The notes under the pieces: generated by a model | Told to the model about the DNA's origin: nothing | Seen by the model: the letters and a program-made list of their open reading frames with translations, nothing else | The model's database searches: none | In this document: in pieces, positions 12,300-24,104 of the stretch | Layout of the letters: every line of letters starts with the position of its first letter | Position numbering within the stretch: position 1 is the stretch's first letter | Origin: Alloascoidea hylecoeti | Lineage: Eukaryota | Assembly: GCA_001600815.1 (NCBI GenBank) | Contig: BCKZ01000029.1 | Location: 62,001 to 126,000, forward strand | Direction: 5' to 3' | Length of the DNA stretch: 64,000 nucleotides | Position numbers and translations under genes: made by a program

Positions 12300-13500
12300 C
12301 ATAAAGTAAATCATTACCGCCATTAATGCTGCGATGTTTTGTAAACTTCATTGTTGTAAAATCCAAGACTTCGCCATGCCACGATTGTATCCTTGCATGA
12401 ATCCCAAGCTCATCTTTTAAATCACTTCATTTGATCCAGATTCAGATTCTCACAGGCAATATTGGATTTTTGGCTTGTAATCCTGACATTGTTTCATCAC
12501 ACTGAGTCCGGACTATTTTCTTCATTTATCCCCATACCTTTTCAATCCAGTTACATTCGTAGCTATAATCGAATCTGGCTGGCGATCCTTTATCATCTTC
12601 AGATCTTAATTCAAATCATTTATTTTTTCATTAGATTTTGTTAAATATGATTGATATTAGTTGAGAATCAGTTATTTCTGTCGAATATGCTGCTTTCAAC
12701 ATATTGAATTTTTCTTCTTTTATTAGATTCTGAAATAGTTTTATTTTTATTTTTCTTTTGAAAGCCATGTTTTTAATCGATAAATGTGTCTTCCTTATTG
12801 ATGTTACAAAGAATTTCTATCTATCAAAGGCTGAAACTTTAGGTTGGGTATGACAACACTTGTGTAAGTCTATATTATACCCATTTATCTTGCCCATACT
12901 AGATAATTTACAAAGATAACAGGTCTAATTATGTCATAGAACAATTAAAAAATGTTGAATTACGTTATGATAAAGATGGGTAGATAAATTTAGTAAGCTT
13001 AAAGTTATATAAATAACAAGCAAGTCTAAAAATAAATAATGATGATGAATCTTTTTAAGTTAGAAGATCATTGTTTTAAAGACAATACATTAAATCTTGA
13101 TCATATTAATAAGGAGTATTTAAGTTGTTTCAATGTATCACTTTTCTCATATAAGTTATAAACAACTCATTTAGTTTCAAATAAATTCCTATATAAATGC
13201 ATCCATTTGAATCACTTAATAGACTAAGTCATTACCGAATTATTTGATAATAATCCACAAATTCACACGAAATAATTTCCTACATATCCTTAACAATAAT
13301 ATAACATTCATGATGACCACTTCCCCACCATTGCAATTGAATTTATTGAACGAGATATCTGACTGGGTTGGTACACCTGGCTTGTTAAGAGAGATTCAAG
13401 AAGGAAGGAATTTTTAGTAGATATACAATTCAATGAATCTTACATTGGACATAAGAAATACCAAGACACATTTAAGGGGATTTTTCCAAGTAAAGATAGA
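12300..13500 (-). mobile_element. Degenerate IS630-Tc1-mariner superfamily transposase relic of a second family (PKFHCELNxIE..W type)
   Basis: 12300-12600 minus strand: ECNWIEKVWG*MKKIVRTQCDETMSGLQAK / IACENLNLDQMK*FKR*AW / FMQGYNRGM / FTTMKFTKHRSI, matching the C-terminal pattern ELNxIExxWGxxKxxxRxxCDxT..RRSWRxMxAYxxG..KKYxSHR. Weaker upstream motifs (KDM*EIIS..LW; LNKPG; IF..KNP..LVFL..N) extend to ~13500. Confidence 0.65.
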
Positions 13501-16500
13501 AAGGAGGGAACTATAGAAATCTCGAGCAAAGTGTTTGTTGAAAATATTGGAAATTTGAATATCCGCTCTAATATGTATTCTCTCTCTAACGGGTATTCTC
13601 CCTTTACTAGCAATTTATAATTAGATTACCACAAGCTCTTGTTGATATATAATGACAGACCAGGTGTATTTTCATAATTCATATATACTTTGAAATTTCA
13701 AAAATTTCTAAAAATTGGAAAATAAAAACAATTTATAAACCTATGTATTTTAATAGATTGTCATCAAATGGAGTATCAGGCTTAAAGCTATCGTATCATT
13801 TTCTCCAATCAAAGTCTGAATTCCACTTCGAATAGTTTTTGAGGATCTTCTAACACTGTGATGGAAATTTGAGCTAATAAAGCTTCCTGCATCTCTCTTT
13901 TAAAGATACATTAATATTATACTACTCATTAAGTAACAGAGATATCTAAATAACATGAAGAGTTGTTTGTCACATAAACTTTTCACTCATATATATATAT
14001 ATATCAGTACATACTGCAGATGGCTTCTTAGCGATTTAAATCTGGACTAAAACATAAAGAAAAAAAGGTGACGGTTCATATTCCAAGATTACTATGTGAT
14101 TGGTCTTGAGTGTTTCGAAATTCCAGCGTATTTTATCAAGATAATTACCTAATTAGCAAATCATGGTTAAGAGTAACATTGATGCTGGCGTTAACGTTAT
14201 GCGACCTGGTGTCAAAAAGTATAAATCCTCTAGTAGGCTCAACTCAAAAGAGAACAGATACTGAAGAGAAGTACGCCCAAGGCAAGACTGTTACCTTTCA
14301 AATATAGAGAGGGGTGTCACAAAAGTTAACGTTATATATATTGAACGTGTCAATAAGAATATTAGAAGTCGATAGAGGCACGACAATATGCTTAAATTGT
14401 ATATAAATTTAAATATATTTTTTAACTATGGTAAATTTTTGGAATCGGGCAACGGAAATGGAACATACATATAAGCTTATATTAATTATATACTGGGTAC
14501 CTAGACCTATACAAGCTTGCAATTGTTGATGATCAATTTTATCACTACCTACAAATGATCGCGTTCGGGTTTTAATATTGGTATGTGAAATAGCTTTAAA
14601 TCTGGGGTGGAATGGAATTTAATTGCAATCTTTGGGAAAAAGTTATTAGCTAGCTAGCTATAGTCAATCTTAGATAAATATAATAATTCACTCAAATCTA
14701 ATAAATGATGATACAAGTAACTACATTAACTTAAATGGTATAGGTCTGATTTATATATATACTAATGGTCCGAAAGGAATGGATCCAGTGATACATAAAC
14801 AGAAGCATTGACTCCCAATACATAATTTGCGTTATATCAGATTTCATGACATCATTTAATATATCAAATAAACTCAATATATGTTGGTTTTGAAAGATTC
14901 TTAATAATAACTAAATCCATTTCTTTTGGTATATACCTCGTATTTATGATTGCAACAACAATTACATTGTTTCATATTTTTTACTAGTACATGTAATTGT
15001 CATGATATGTTCAATACCCGGTATAAGCCTATAGTCGTACGCCTCTTGGCCTTCAAATGTTTGGTTCTTACAGGTTTGACTGCTTCAATTAGAAATGATT
15101 AAAATAGACAAATAGAACTTGTGTTAATTCAACTATTACATCTTTTCCGGAAGATGAAACTTGATCATAATGGGTTCAATTAATTATTTCAAATAATTTA
15201 GAGAATTATAATTATCATCATATGTAAGTAACACATATTTTAAGCTTAATTATAATTATATGCAAAAGAAGCAGAAAGAATGAATAAATGGGTGAAAAAC
15301 ACAATATAAATAAAAGAACAGAGTCAAATTGACAAATAAATTTCCAAATAACTTAGTAAAGTATTACTATAGAAGCTTTTAATTATCTTTATTTCTCAAT
15401 ATAACATCTATTATTATGATCATTAATTAGATTTGGTTGTATGCATATGCATATGCATGTTATAGACTTGCAGAAACTTTTTAAAAAGTTGAAAAAAATA
15501 TGATTATAAATAACACTTGATCTGTTTAATTATAGATTTTTTGTAGTTGAAAAGTATTTTGTCTTGGTCCCTCCCTGTGAATTTTTGAACTTTTTGCATT
15601 TATAAGTATCTATTTATCATAACATTTATTACGTTGAAATTACAATTATAGATCTAAATATTCAGCAAATTGACTATCATCTATCATATACGTACCGATC
15701 AAATACTATCCCTACCGGTATATGACATATATATAAGATTATAGTTGCAATATATAAATGGTCAAGGTACGTAGAAATAAGTGGTGTTAGTTAGATATCG
15801 ATTTTGGTGAATTAAATTTAAATAGAAACGGATTGGATTGACGGCAGTTGGATAAGATATTATTTTGTCAATTGAGCTTAATTGTAAAATTAAAAAGTAT
15901 TACAAGGCCATAATAAAGTTTATGATTCGCTACGTTTTAAGAAGAATCTCATATAAGGTCCATATTTAATGATGTGTATTGCAATTGTATCATTATGATA
16001 GAAAGTTTGTTCAAAATCTTTATAGATTCATATTCAGGATATAATTGTGTATAAACTTCTGAAAATATTAATGAAAAGAACCGCATTTTTGTAACGTCTC
16101 AGCGCTAATATATTAAATAACCGTTAGAATGAATTGAAGTTCTAGAAGACTTCAAAATGTATTTAAGCATAGAAACGATGCAATTATCATAATTTTTTTT
16201 TGGCTCCAAATGACTTATATATAGTGTTTCTGGTTGATCCGGAAGTACAGTACCCAATAACAACTATATAACCATTTATTTAACCAGTATTATTTTGAAA
16301 TTGTTTCCAAAAGAAGTATATTCTGCGTGAAAATTTGAGATAAGGATTTCCCACAGCCGTTAATTATAATGCAAGTAATATAATACTAATCGTATTAAAC
16401 GTTCTATGAGCTTCATTGCCCCCTCGGAGGTCACATCTAAACGAAATAGGATATAAATAACTCATTTTAGGAGGGAAAATATGTGAAACTAGCAATTGGA

Positions 16501-16812
16501 ATCTTGAGATGAGACGTATGATTGAGTTAAGATCACGGCTGACCCAAGAGCACTTGGTAATTGAATTATACATTCTTTCATATGCATGAATGCATATGAA
16601 TAATTGCTGCATAGTCGCATTTTAATGTGTGTTTCACCAATAATTATAAATAATTTGTTGTTGGCCTGTTACAGGGGAAAACATATAATACAATTCTTTT
16701 CCTCACTCACCTCTTTTTCTCAAAATAGCTCCTTCTGTTTTCACCTTTTGTGGCTCCTCTAAATCATAAAAAACTCCATCGCTACACCCTTCGTGACTCA
16801 ACTAATATTTAA

Positions 16813-18648
16813 ATGGTGTGGTTTAAAAAACAAAAAAGTGTTGAAGACCTTGATGATACTTCAAGATCTTCTTGGTTCGCCCGACATTTCAAGAAGCAAA
16901 AATCCCCATCTTTCCATACTTCCCCAAATTTCAATACCTCAGCCTCATCACTTCCTTCACGACGACCCTCTTTAAAATCTGCTAAATCTAGTAAAACAAC
17001 AAAATCATATAAATCTACCAAAAGTACGAAAAGTGGTAAAAATAAAAAATCTAAAAAGCAAAAAGTTACCTTTAATGTCGAGCCTGTGGAAATAAGCTCT
17101 TCAAGTAACCCTAGTGATGACATAAGCGAGGAAATAGTTGAGAGAGAACCAGAACATACTATATCAAGGTGTACATCAGCACAAGAAATTTCAGAACAGC
17201 TGATGCCTGATAATGAGAATAGGAGTATTTTAAATTTTACTGACTTATTTAAAGCTATGGATAATATTGTTAATGACTCTGATAAAATTGTTTTAGAACG
17301 GGATGTAATGGAGAAACCCATTACTTCACCTATTTTATACTTCAATGCAAATAGATACTCTCAATCCTCATTGATTGCTGTTAGAAATCCAGAAGGTTTG
17401 GCTGAAAAATTCTTCAATGGCTCTGTTACTTCAATTGATTTTAGAGATTATATTTTATGGTTAGGCGGTGATGATTTGAAACAATCAACAGTCTGTCAAT
17501 ATTATATGGATTCATTTCCTTGGTATCGTTTTGACTTGCTTGATTCACTTCATATGCTTTGTAAAAATCTTTTTATTGATTTAAGTAATCCATCAATTGA
17601 AACAGAACGAGTTCTTAGAGCTTTCAGTCATTCATGGACTAAAACAAATCAAAGACACTTATTTGGAAGAGCAGATGTAGCATATACTGTTGCCTTCAGT
17701 CTATTAATTTTAAATTATAAATTTTGTGATCCAAAACAACATTCTATCTCAAAGAAAAGGTTTGTTAAAGGAGTTACTGATATGATTTTAAAAAGTGAGA
17801 CACAACCAGCTGTTTTGAAACATGAAGGAAATAGACGACATTCTTTGGCTCCAGTTGATGGAGATATTGATGTTGATGATTTTGCTTATATTATGAAGGT
17901 ATTTTCAAAGAAGGCAATTAGACATTCAAATGTAAATTCAAAGGTTAGTGATAAATCAGGAAGTAGGAGAAATTCATGGTTAGGTAGAATATCATTTGAT
18001 AATGGTAGTAAATCAAATATTTCAAGATCAGCATCAACAAGAATATTCTCAAAAAATGCAAACACACAAGAGAACTCGAAATTAAACATGAGAAACCAAA
18101 TTGCTAATGGAAGTGGAAATGTCGCAAGATTTTCCACAGAATCAGAATTTGAAGAACTCGGTTTAAATCTTGATCTGGATCAAACACCACAACTTTCAAT
18201 TTCTAATGATGAAAAAACACCAAATGGTACACCATCAACTCAAAACACCAGTCTGAACAGAAACAGTTACTTGCATGAATCTGAAACAGAAACAGAAGAT
18301 CCTGAAACCCCACATGTTTTACCCCGTACGCGGTCTAGATCTAGATCTAGGTCGATATCATACTCCTCAAGATCATCAAATACTTCATCAGCTTCACAAA
18401 TTCGTCAACAATCACTTTCAACAGCTGAACAAAGTAATAGAATCCATTCAGTTGTCAATGCAGCAATTCAATCAATGAATATAACAAATGAAAACAACTC
18501 ATTTAATCAAGAACAAGATTCTGATCCTTTAATAATTGATATTACATGGATTAAAAAAGTCGAAAAAGTACTTGAAATTTATTATGATAATGTTAAGAAA
18601 TATCGTTTTGAAAAAGCACGAACAACATCTCAATTTAGAGTCATTTAA
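16813..18648 (+). CDS. Sec7-domain-like (Yel1/Syt1 Arf-GEF related) protein with degenerate catalytic motifs
   Basis: 611-aa ORF. Segment 'YYMDSFPW..DLLDSLHMLCKNLFI..ERVLRAFSHSW..ADVAYTVAFSLLILN..ISKKRFVK' follows the Sec7 pattern; flanks are low complexity. Confidence 0.6.
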   Translation: MVWFKKQKSVEDLDDTSRSSWFARHFKKQKSPSFHTSPNFNTSASSLPSRRPSLKSAKSSKTTKSYKSTKSTKSGKNKKSKKQKVTFNVEPVEISSSSNPSDDISEEIVEREPEHTISRCTSAQEISEQLMPDNENRSILNFTDLFKAMDNIVNDSDKIVLERDVMEKPITSPILYFNANRYSQSSLIAVRNPEGLAEKFFNGSVTSIDFRDYILWLGGDDLKQSTVCQYYMDSFPWYRFDLLDSLHMLCKNLFIDLSNPSIETERVLRAFSHSWTKTNQRHLFGRADVAYTVAFSLLILNYKFCDPKQHSISKKRFVKGVTDMILKSETQPAVLKHEGNRRHSLAPVDGDIDVDDFAYIMKVFSKKAIRHSNVNSKVSDKSGSRRNSWLGRISFDNGSKSNISRSASTRIFSKNANTQENSKLNMRNQIANGSGNVARFSTESEFEELGLNLDLDQTPQLSISNDEKTPNGTPSTQNTSLNRNSYLHESETETEDPETPHVLPRTRSRSRSRSISYSSRSSNTSSASQIRQQSLSTAEQSNRIHSVVNAAIQSMNITNENNSFNQEQDSDPLIIDITWIKKVEKVLEIYYDNVKKYRFEKARTTSQFRVI

Positions 18649-20049
18649 TAGCATGAGTTAAGATAACTTCTTATGATTTGAATTTGAATGTATTATGATC
18701 AATTATAATAAACAACGTTGATGCCGAGAAATGCTTGCTATCGTTATTATCATTATCGATCTTTATTCATAATTTTTATTATATACCTTTCATATAATAA
18801 TGGTATCAATTTTTCTTTAAAGCTTTTCTCTTTATATTTTTTCCCTCCAATTTTTCATTTTTTTTTTCATTTTTTTTTTTTTTCATTTAATTTCTGCCAT
18901 TATCTATTTATTTGTTACATGATTTTAATTTTTAATCTCTAATATTCATATACCTTTCATTCAACTACTTTGTACTCTTTCTGTCGCTCCATTCAGCATA
19001 TCATCGGATCCGCATCTTTTGACACTTTTACATTCTATACCTATATAAATAACAATTATCATTTTGCCTTATATTTAGCAAATCATTCGATATGTTTTTT
19101 GAATTCTTTATTGGTTCGTTTCAATTCAGTGCTAATTGAGCACAATTAATATTCATTAATATTTTACCTCGTTATTTATTTTTATTATATAACATTGTTT
19201 TATTTATTTTTATTATATATCATTATTTTATTTATTTGTTTAGTTGTTGAAGTTTGAAATTTGATTTTGAATTGTTTTCCTTTTCTTTTTATAATATATA
19301 TCCTTATTAATATCAATTTTTTATATACGTTATACTTTCATTATATTAAATATCATCTTCATATAATTTTCGCCTCATTTATATATTCTTTCACCCTTTT
19401 TATCCCTTTTTTAAAAAAAGAAATTTATTTTAACCTTGTTTCTTATAATAATTATATACAAATTTAATCGATTAATGTTTATAAATATAGTACCAGTTTA
19501 CTCAAAACTTTGAAGGTTTGATTCTTAAAAATTTCTTAAAATTTCAAGCACCAGTTCCTTGGCCTTCTGTAAATTCAACATAGCCATTTAAAATCATGAC
19601 GATTCAGATAAAGAATTGATTAATTAAGATAAAATAATTAAGGGTTGTTTCAAGGCTCAAGTTTAAGCATTTCACTGTACATTTTTAACTGCCGATTTAT
19701 GTATAATTATAATCAATATCAAGTTATAATAGAGCTTCTTCTTTTCCTTGCCAAGTTTTTAATGGCCTATCCTAAATTTTCAATTGTAGATTAAAATTTG
19801 ATTTACAAATATTAATTCTATATGTATATGTCCAAATATAGCAATATATATGAATATACATATATGCATACGTAAATTGAATGGAGTAAACATCAGATAC
19901 TTTTATTAGGTATAATTTCTAGACTATCGAGCCTTCCATATAATTAATTTAACAATATACGTAATGCTAACTAGCAGTTAACTAAATTCATGTTGAGAAG
20001 GTATGATTGCTGATTCTATTCATTTGTTGTTCCAAGTTATTCATCTTAG

Positions 20050-20540
20050 ACTTCAATGTCAAGGGTCCTGGCGAACAAAGCTGGCGAGATAAGAGAGACG
20101 AGAAAAAATGTGTACTTTACCACCTAGATTCATATTATCAGGGATTGAAATGTTTCAACTCGATGGTTTATTGGGGTGTACATCCTCTTAGGAGGCTCAA
20201 TTCAATTGAGAGCGAAGAGGGTAATATCACAAAATAAAGTAAGTGTTGAATACCAGCTACAGAGGACAATATTTTCCACAAGGAGTGGTATGTCCTTCCT
20301 TGGAGGAATCTAATTCTTCGTAGTTTCTTCTACACTATTTTCCCCACTTCGTTTGCAGCAGACAGAAGGCAGTTTTTTAGGTATATTATCGATAATACAG
20401 TATACCGAGAAAACTGCCTCCTATGTACAAATGAAGTGGGTATAGAAGCACAGGACATCACAAGTAGTAACTAACAATCATAGATATATGTAATGTGGAC
20501 CCACCTACACAGAACCAAAATGGAGTAAACGGGGAAATAG
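20050..20540. ncRNA. Candidate structured non-coding RNA (identity and strand unresolved)
   Basis: GC-enriched intergenic block with nested helices: CCCACTTC 20343-50/GAAGTGGG 20433-40; AGGCAGTTTT 20367-76/AAAACTGCCT 20410-19; ATGTCCT 20290-96/AGGACAT 20452-58; TCCACA 20275-80/TGTGGA 20494-99; separate CCTCTT/AAGAGG hairpin at ~20184-20220. Confidence 0.45.
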
Positions 20541-20726
20541 AAGTAAAGTCAAAAATTTATAAATTATGGAACGGAAGATAGTTATATAACTTTTATGACC
20601 TTTAAGTAGAATAATATAGACAAATAAATAAGGTTAATTATACCCTTAAAATATATATAAATGAAATTCTTATTTTCCGGAAATTCCCCATAAAACTCTA
20701 GGGACAGTTGTAATCAGCCACGTGAT

Positions 20727-21773
20727 ATGCCTCACCCATTAGCTTTAATATGCAAAGACACCGGAAACCTTACATTACACTTAATCATAACAACCACACC
20801 AGTGCGTGGTTGTTTCTTCACCAGTAATGCAATGATAGAAGTCTCCAGAAAACGACCAAGAATAAATGATTCTCCAAAGGAGGCAAGTATGGCTGTTTTT
20901 GGCCATAATAAAAGACAAGAGATTGATCTGAACTGTTCGGATTTAGAGCACAGTACCGAGATTGAGATTGTTCAAAATAACAGTTTTTTATTTCAAATGC
21001 CGAAAGAAATTTTAGATTTAATTTTGGATTATCTTAATCCACCAGATGTTATTAATTTAGGAAGCACATGTTTAGAATTACGACAATTACTTATGGATCA
21101 TATATTTTTTGTAATATATTCAAATTGGCAACAAATAAAAGAATTAAATGAAGGTTTTAGATTAAATATATCTCCTTTTTATAACCAATTAAAAGAATAT
21201 ACAAGAAAGTTGGTCATTTTGAATGCTGACGCGTCAGGACAATGGTATCATGTTCATGAGCTATCTCAAATATTAAAGGCATGTTCAAATATATCACATA
21301 TTGATCTACCATGTACTGGATCGGCATATTGGATTAAGTATATTGAAGGTCCTATCTATTCATTAAAGAGTTTAACATGTACTTCTATTCGAAACAAGAA
21401 AAAATGGTTAGAACCCTTTGAAATCAGCCACTTAAAGGTGTTTCCCAATCTGACCACATTAAATTTACAAGGCTTTGAGATTACGTGTACGATACCAGTT
21501 AACGAGTCTTCTACTATTACTCCTACTGGTGTACAAGTCATGAGATTGACCAACTGTTCCTGGTTATATCCTCAAAATGTCACGGATTTTGGGCCTGTTG
21601 TGTCGTTGGAATTATTATATATTGACGAGTATGAAATATTAACACTTTCCGAGCGTTTCACAGAATTGATGAAATCGCATCCTCCTCTGTTAAACGAATT
21701 AGCAGTTCGTGTATATAAAACTGTCGAAGGCAAAGAGGTTATATCTAGTCTAACAGCCTGGAAAAGAACCTGA
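20727..21773 (+). CDS. F-box protein with leucine-rich-repeat-like C-terminus (likely start 20832)
   Basis: F-box 'LFQMPKEILDLILDYLNPPDVINLGSTCLELRQL'; LRR-like 'FPNLTTLNLQG', 'CSNISHIDL'; basic RKRPR motif near the N-terminus. Confidence 0.8.
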   Translation: MPHPLALICKDTGNLTLHLIITTTPVRGCFFTSNAMIEVSRKRPRINDSPKEASMAVFGHNKRQEIDLNCSDLEHSTEIEIVQNNSFLFQMPKEILDLILDYLNPPDVINLGSTCLELRQLLMDHIFFVIYSNWQQIKELNEGFRLNISPFYNQLKEYTRKLVILNADASGQWYHVHELSQILKACSNISHIDLPCTGSAYWIKYIEGPIYSLKSLTCTSIRNKKKWLEPFEISHLKVFPNLTTLNLQGFEITCTIPVNESSTITPTGVQVMRLTNCSWLYPQNVTDFGPVVSLELLYIDEYEILTLSERFTELMKSHPPLLNELAVRVYKTVEGKEVISSLTAWKRT

Positions 21774-22178
21774 TAGTAGATTATTTATTAACATAGATTA
21801 TATAAAATAATATTACCCTACCATATTTAGTACCTGTAAAAAGCTGAGGTGTTTGTTTTTACCCTGTTAGAACACTAAGCTTTCTAAACGCTAATTCAAA
21901 AACAACGTAATCTTATAATTCGTTATAATTTATAATAGGGGTTGTTTTTTCTATTTTTTTTGTATATATACTTATACTGGTTTTCTGTTGTTTCATTTAT
22001 TCATTCCATATTCATTCCAAATCATTTCATTCTAGATTAATTTTGGAGAAATCGTACATCAAAAATTATTAATTATAAGGCTTTCTCATTTCTCAACAAC
22101 ACAGCAACAAAAACAGTAAACAAAAAATTCAAATACAGTTATAAACAAACCATCAACAGGATATTGGAATATAACATT

Positions 22179-24104
22179 ATGGATAAAGTAGATCGAATAG
22201 TCTATGAAACTCAAACTTATGATCCGGAGACTCGACTCCCAATATATATCTTGAATTCTGCTCAATTCCCAGATCCAGAGGTTTTTGATGAAACCAACGA
22301 AAACTATAATGCCTTATTATCTGCCGTTATTTCAAGATTACCTTTATCTCCATTTGCACTGGTTGTATTTTCTGCTCGTGGTACAACAAGAAAACCAAGT
22401 TGGACATGGGTTATTCGGATCTATGGCAAATTAGATCGATCATTTAAAAAACGAATTAAAAAGATTTTTATTGTTCATGAAAGTTGGTGGATTAGAGCAA
22501 TGATTGAATTATTTAAAGGAATTGTTAGTTCAAAATTTCAAAGTAAGTTGACTCATATATCAACTTTATCAGATCTTGCAAAAAATATTGATATTACAAT
22601 GATTAATATTCCAAAAGAAGTTTATCTTCATGACTTAAAATTAGAAGATAGAATTACTGTTCCGGTACATATTAAAAATCGAACTTTTGGTCAAAGAATG
22701 ATTATTCGTCAACAAGATGGTAAAATTGATAAAGATAGTATTCCATTTTTTTGGAGAGAATTAATTAGCATATTATATTATGTTGGTCCTGAAACTGAAG
22801 GTATATTTCGTATACCTGGTAAAAGAGTTTATGTTGATATTGTAAAAGAAGCTATTGATAGAAATCAAATTTTAAAATTACAAGATTATGATATTCATAT
22901 TAGTGCTTCAATATTAAAGACTTATTTACGTGAAATGCCAATTCCTTTAATTCGTTCTGATAATATTCAAATGCCAATGAAAGATGATTCTGAATATACA
23001 ATTAAATTATTGATGAATAATTTAAAATCAGATTTTACTGCTTTATATCTGATATCTTGTGTATTACCAATATTATACAACATCGTAAAAAATGAAAAAA
23101 TAACAAAACATACATCTATCAGTTTAGCAACATGTATTGCACCAAGTATATCTGGAATTAAAGTAACTGATAAACAATCAGTTATGATTGGAATTAGATT
23201 TATTAAAAATATTATTGATCATTGGATGGATATTCGTGAACATATCTATTTAAAAATGGATAAATTAATGGGTCATCATTATTTAAATGAAGAAATTACT
23301 GAACAAGAACGTGGAAGAACTTCTGTTAGATATCCAACATTAGTTCCACAAAGCGCTAATGTTAAACAATCTCAATCACAATCACAATCCCAATCACAAT
23401 CTCAATATTCTCAATCACAAGTTTCACCAAAACTTAGTCGATCAAGTTCACAAATATCAGCAATTTCTACTTCCACTGTTAGTACTTCAAGGCGTGAGCA
23501 AACCACATTATCTTCCCATAATCCTCTTGCTCTTGGTTTATTATTTGAAGATAATATCAATAAAAATCGTCTTAAAAGTTTTGAAAGTTCAATTAATAGT
23601 GAAAGTAGCAATGAAGAAAAAGAAAAAGAAAATAGTAATTCAAAAACTTCAAATACAACACTTTCATCTAAAAAAATGAGTTTAGAAAAAATAAAAACAA
23701 TAAATAGTTCATCAAGTACAATTGATATACCCCCAAGTGAAATTGATGATACATCAAGTGAACCAAGAAGTCCATCAAAAAGAACTTGGTCTATTAATGC
23801 ACCAGTTTCATATTCAACAGCAACTTCAACAAATTCAAATTCAACTCATCATCGTTCTGAATCAACTAATTCATTAATGCGTGCAAATTTTAATGTTAGT
23901 ACAGAATCAACAAATTCTTTTGGTTCAGTTTCAAATTCTATCCCATTAGCTCGTGTTACAAGAACAATGAGTGTACCAACTTTAAAAAAGAAACCAAGTG
24001 TTGTAAAAGGTAGACGTATTCAAGAATTATCACGTTTATTTGAAGAAAAAAGTGAAAGTGTAATGGTTATTGATGAAGTTTATAAGCATAATCATATAAA
24101 ATGA
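22179..24104 (+). CDS. ECM25: CRAL-TRIO/BCH + RhoGAP protein
   Basis: BCH domain 'KPSWTWV..KKIFIVHESWWIR' followed by RhoGAP 'TEGIFRIPG', 'ASILKTYLREMP', 'LATCIAP'; Ser-rich tail ending 'GRRIQELSRLFEEK'. Confidence 0.85.
   Translation: MDKVDRIVYETQTYDPETRLPIYILNSAQFPDPEVFDETNENYNALLSAVISRLPLSPFALVVFSARGTTRKPSWTWVIRIYGKLDRSFKKRIKKIFIVHESWWIRAMIELFKGIVSSKFQSKLTHISTLSDLAKNIDITMINIPKEVYLHDLKLEDRITVPVHIKNRTFGQRMIIRQQDGKIDKDSIPFFWRELISILYYVGPETEGIFRIPGKRVYVDIVKEAIDRNQILKLQDYDIHISASILKTYLREMPIPLIRSDNIQMPMKDDSEYTIKLLMNNLKSDFTALYLISCVLPILYNIVKNEKITKHTSISLATCIAPSISGIKVTDKQSVMIGIRFIKNIIDHWMDIREHIYLKMDKLMGHHYLNEEITEQERGRTSVRYPTLVPQSANVKQSQSQSQSQSQSQYSQSQVSPKLSRSSSQISAISTSTVSTSRREQTTLSSHNPLALGLLFEDNINKNRLKSFESSINSESSNEEKEKENSNSKTSNTTLSSKKMSLEKIKTINSSSSTIDIPPSEIDDTSSEPRSPSKRTWSINAPVSYSTATSTNSNSTHHRSESTNSLMRANFNVSTESTNSFGSVSNSIPLARVTRTMSVPTLKKKPSVVKGRRIQELSRLFEEKSESVMVIDEVYKHNHIK

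Noticed and set aside
12300..12600. RIP- or methylation-driven decay of TE relics (TGA at Arg positions, TAA at a Gln-like position)
   Set aside because: Only about three sites; other relics show stops not explained by C->T, so no bias can be claimed.
16809..17345. 178-aa minus-strand ORF and other antisense/overlapping short ORFs (e.g. 36957-37301, 33357-33653, 50376-50630)
   Set aside because: Shadows of real genes or low-complexity repeats; no independent motifs.
19880..20530. 12-bp direct repeat AATGGAGTAAAC (19880, 20519) flanking the structured block as a possible TSD
   Set aside because: A single short match compatible with chance; no terminal repeats inside it.
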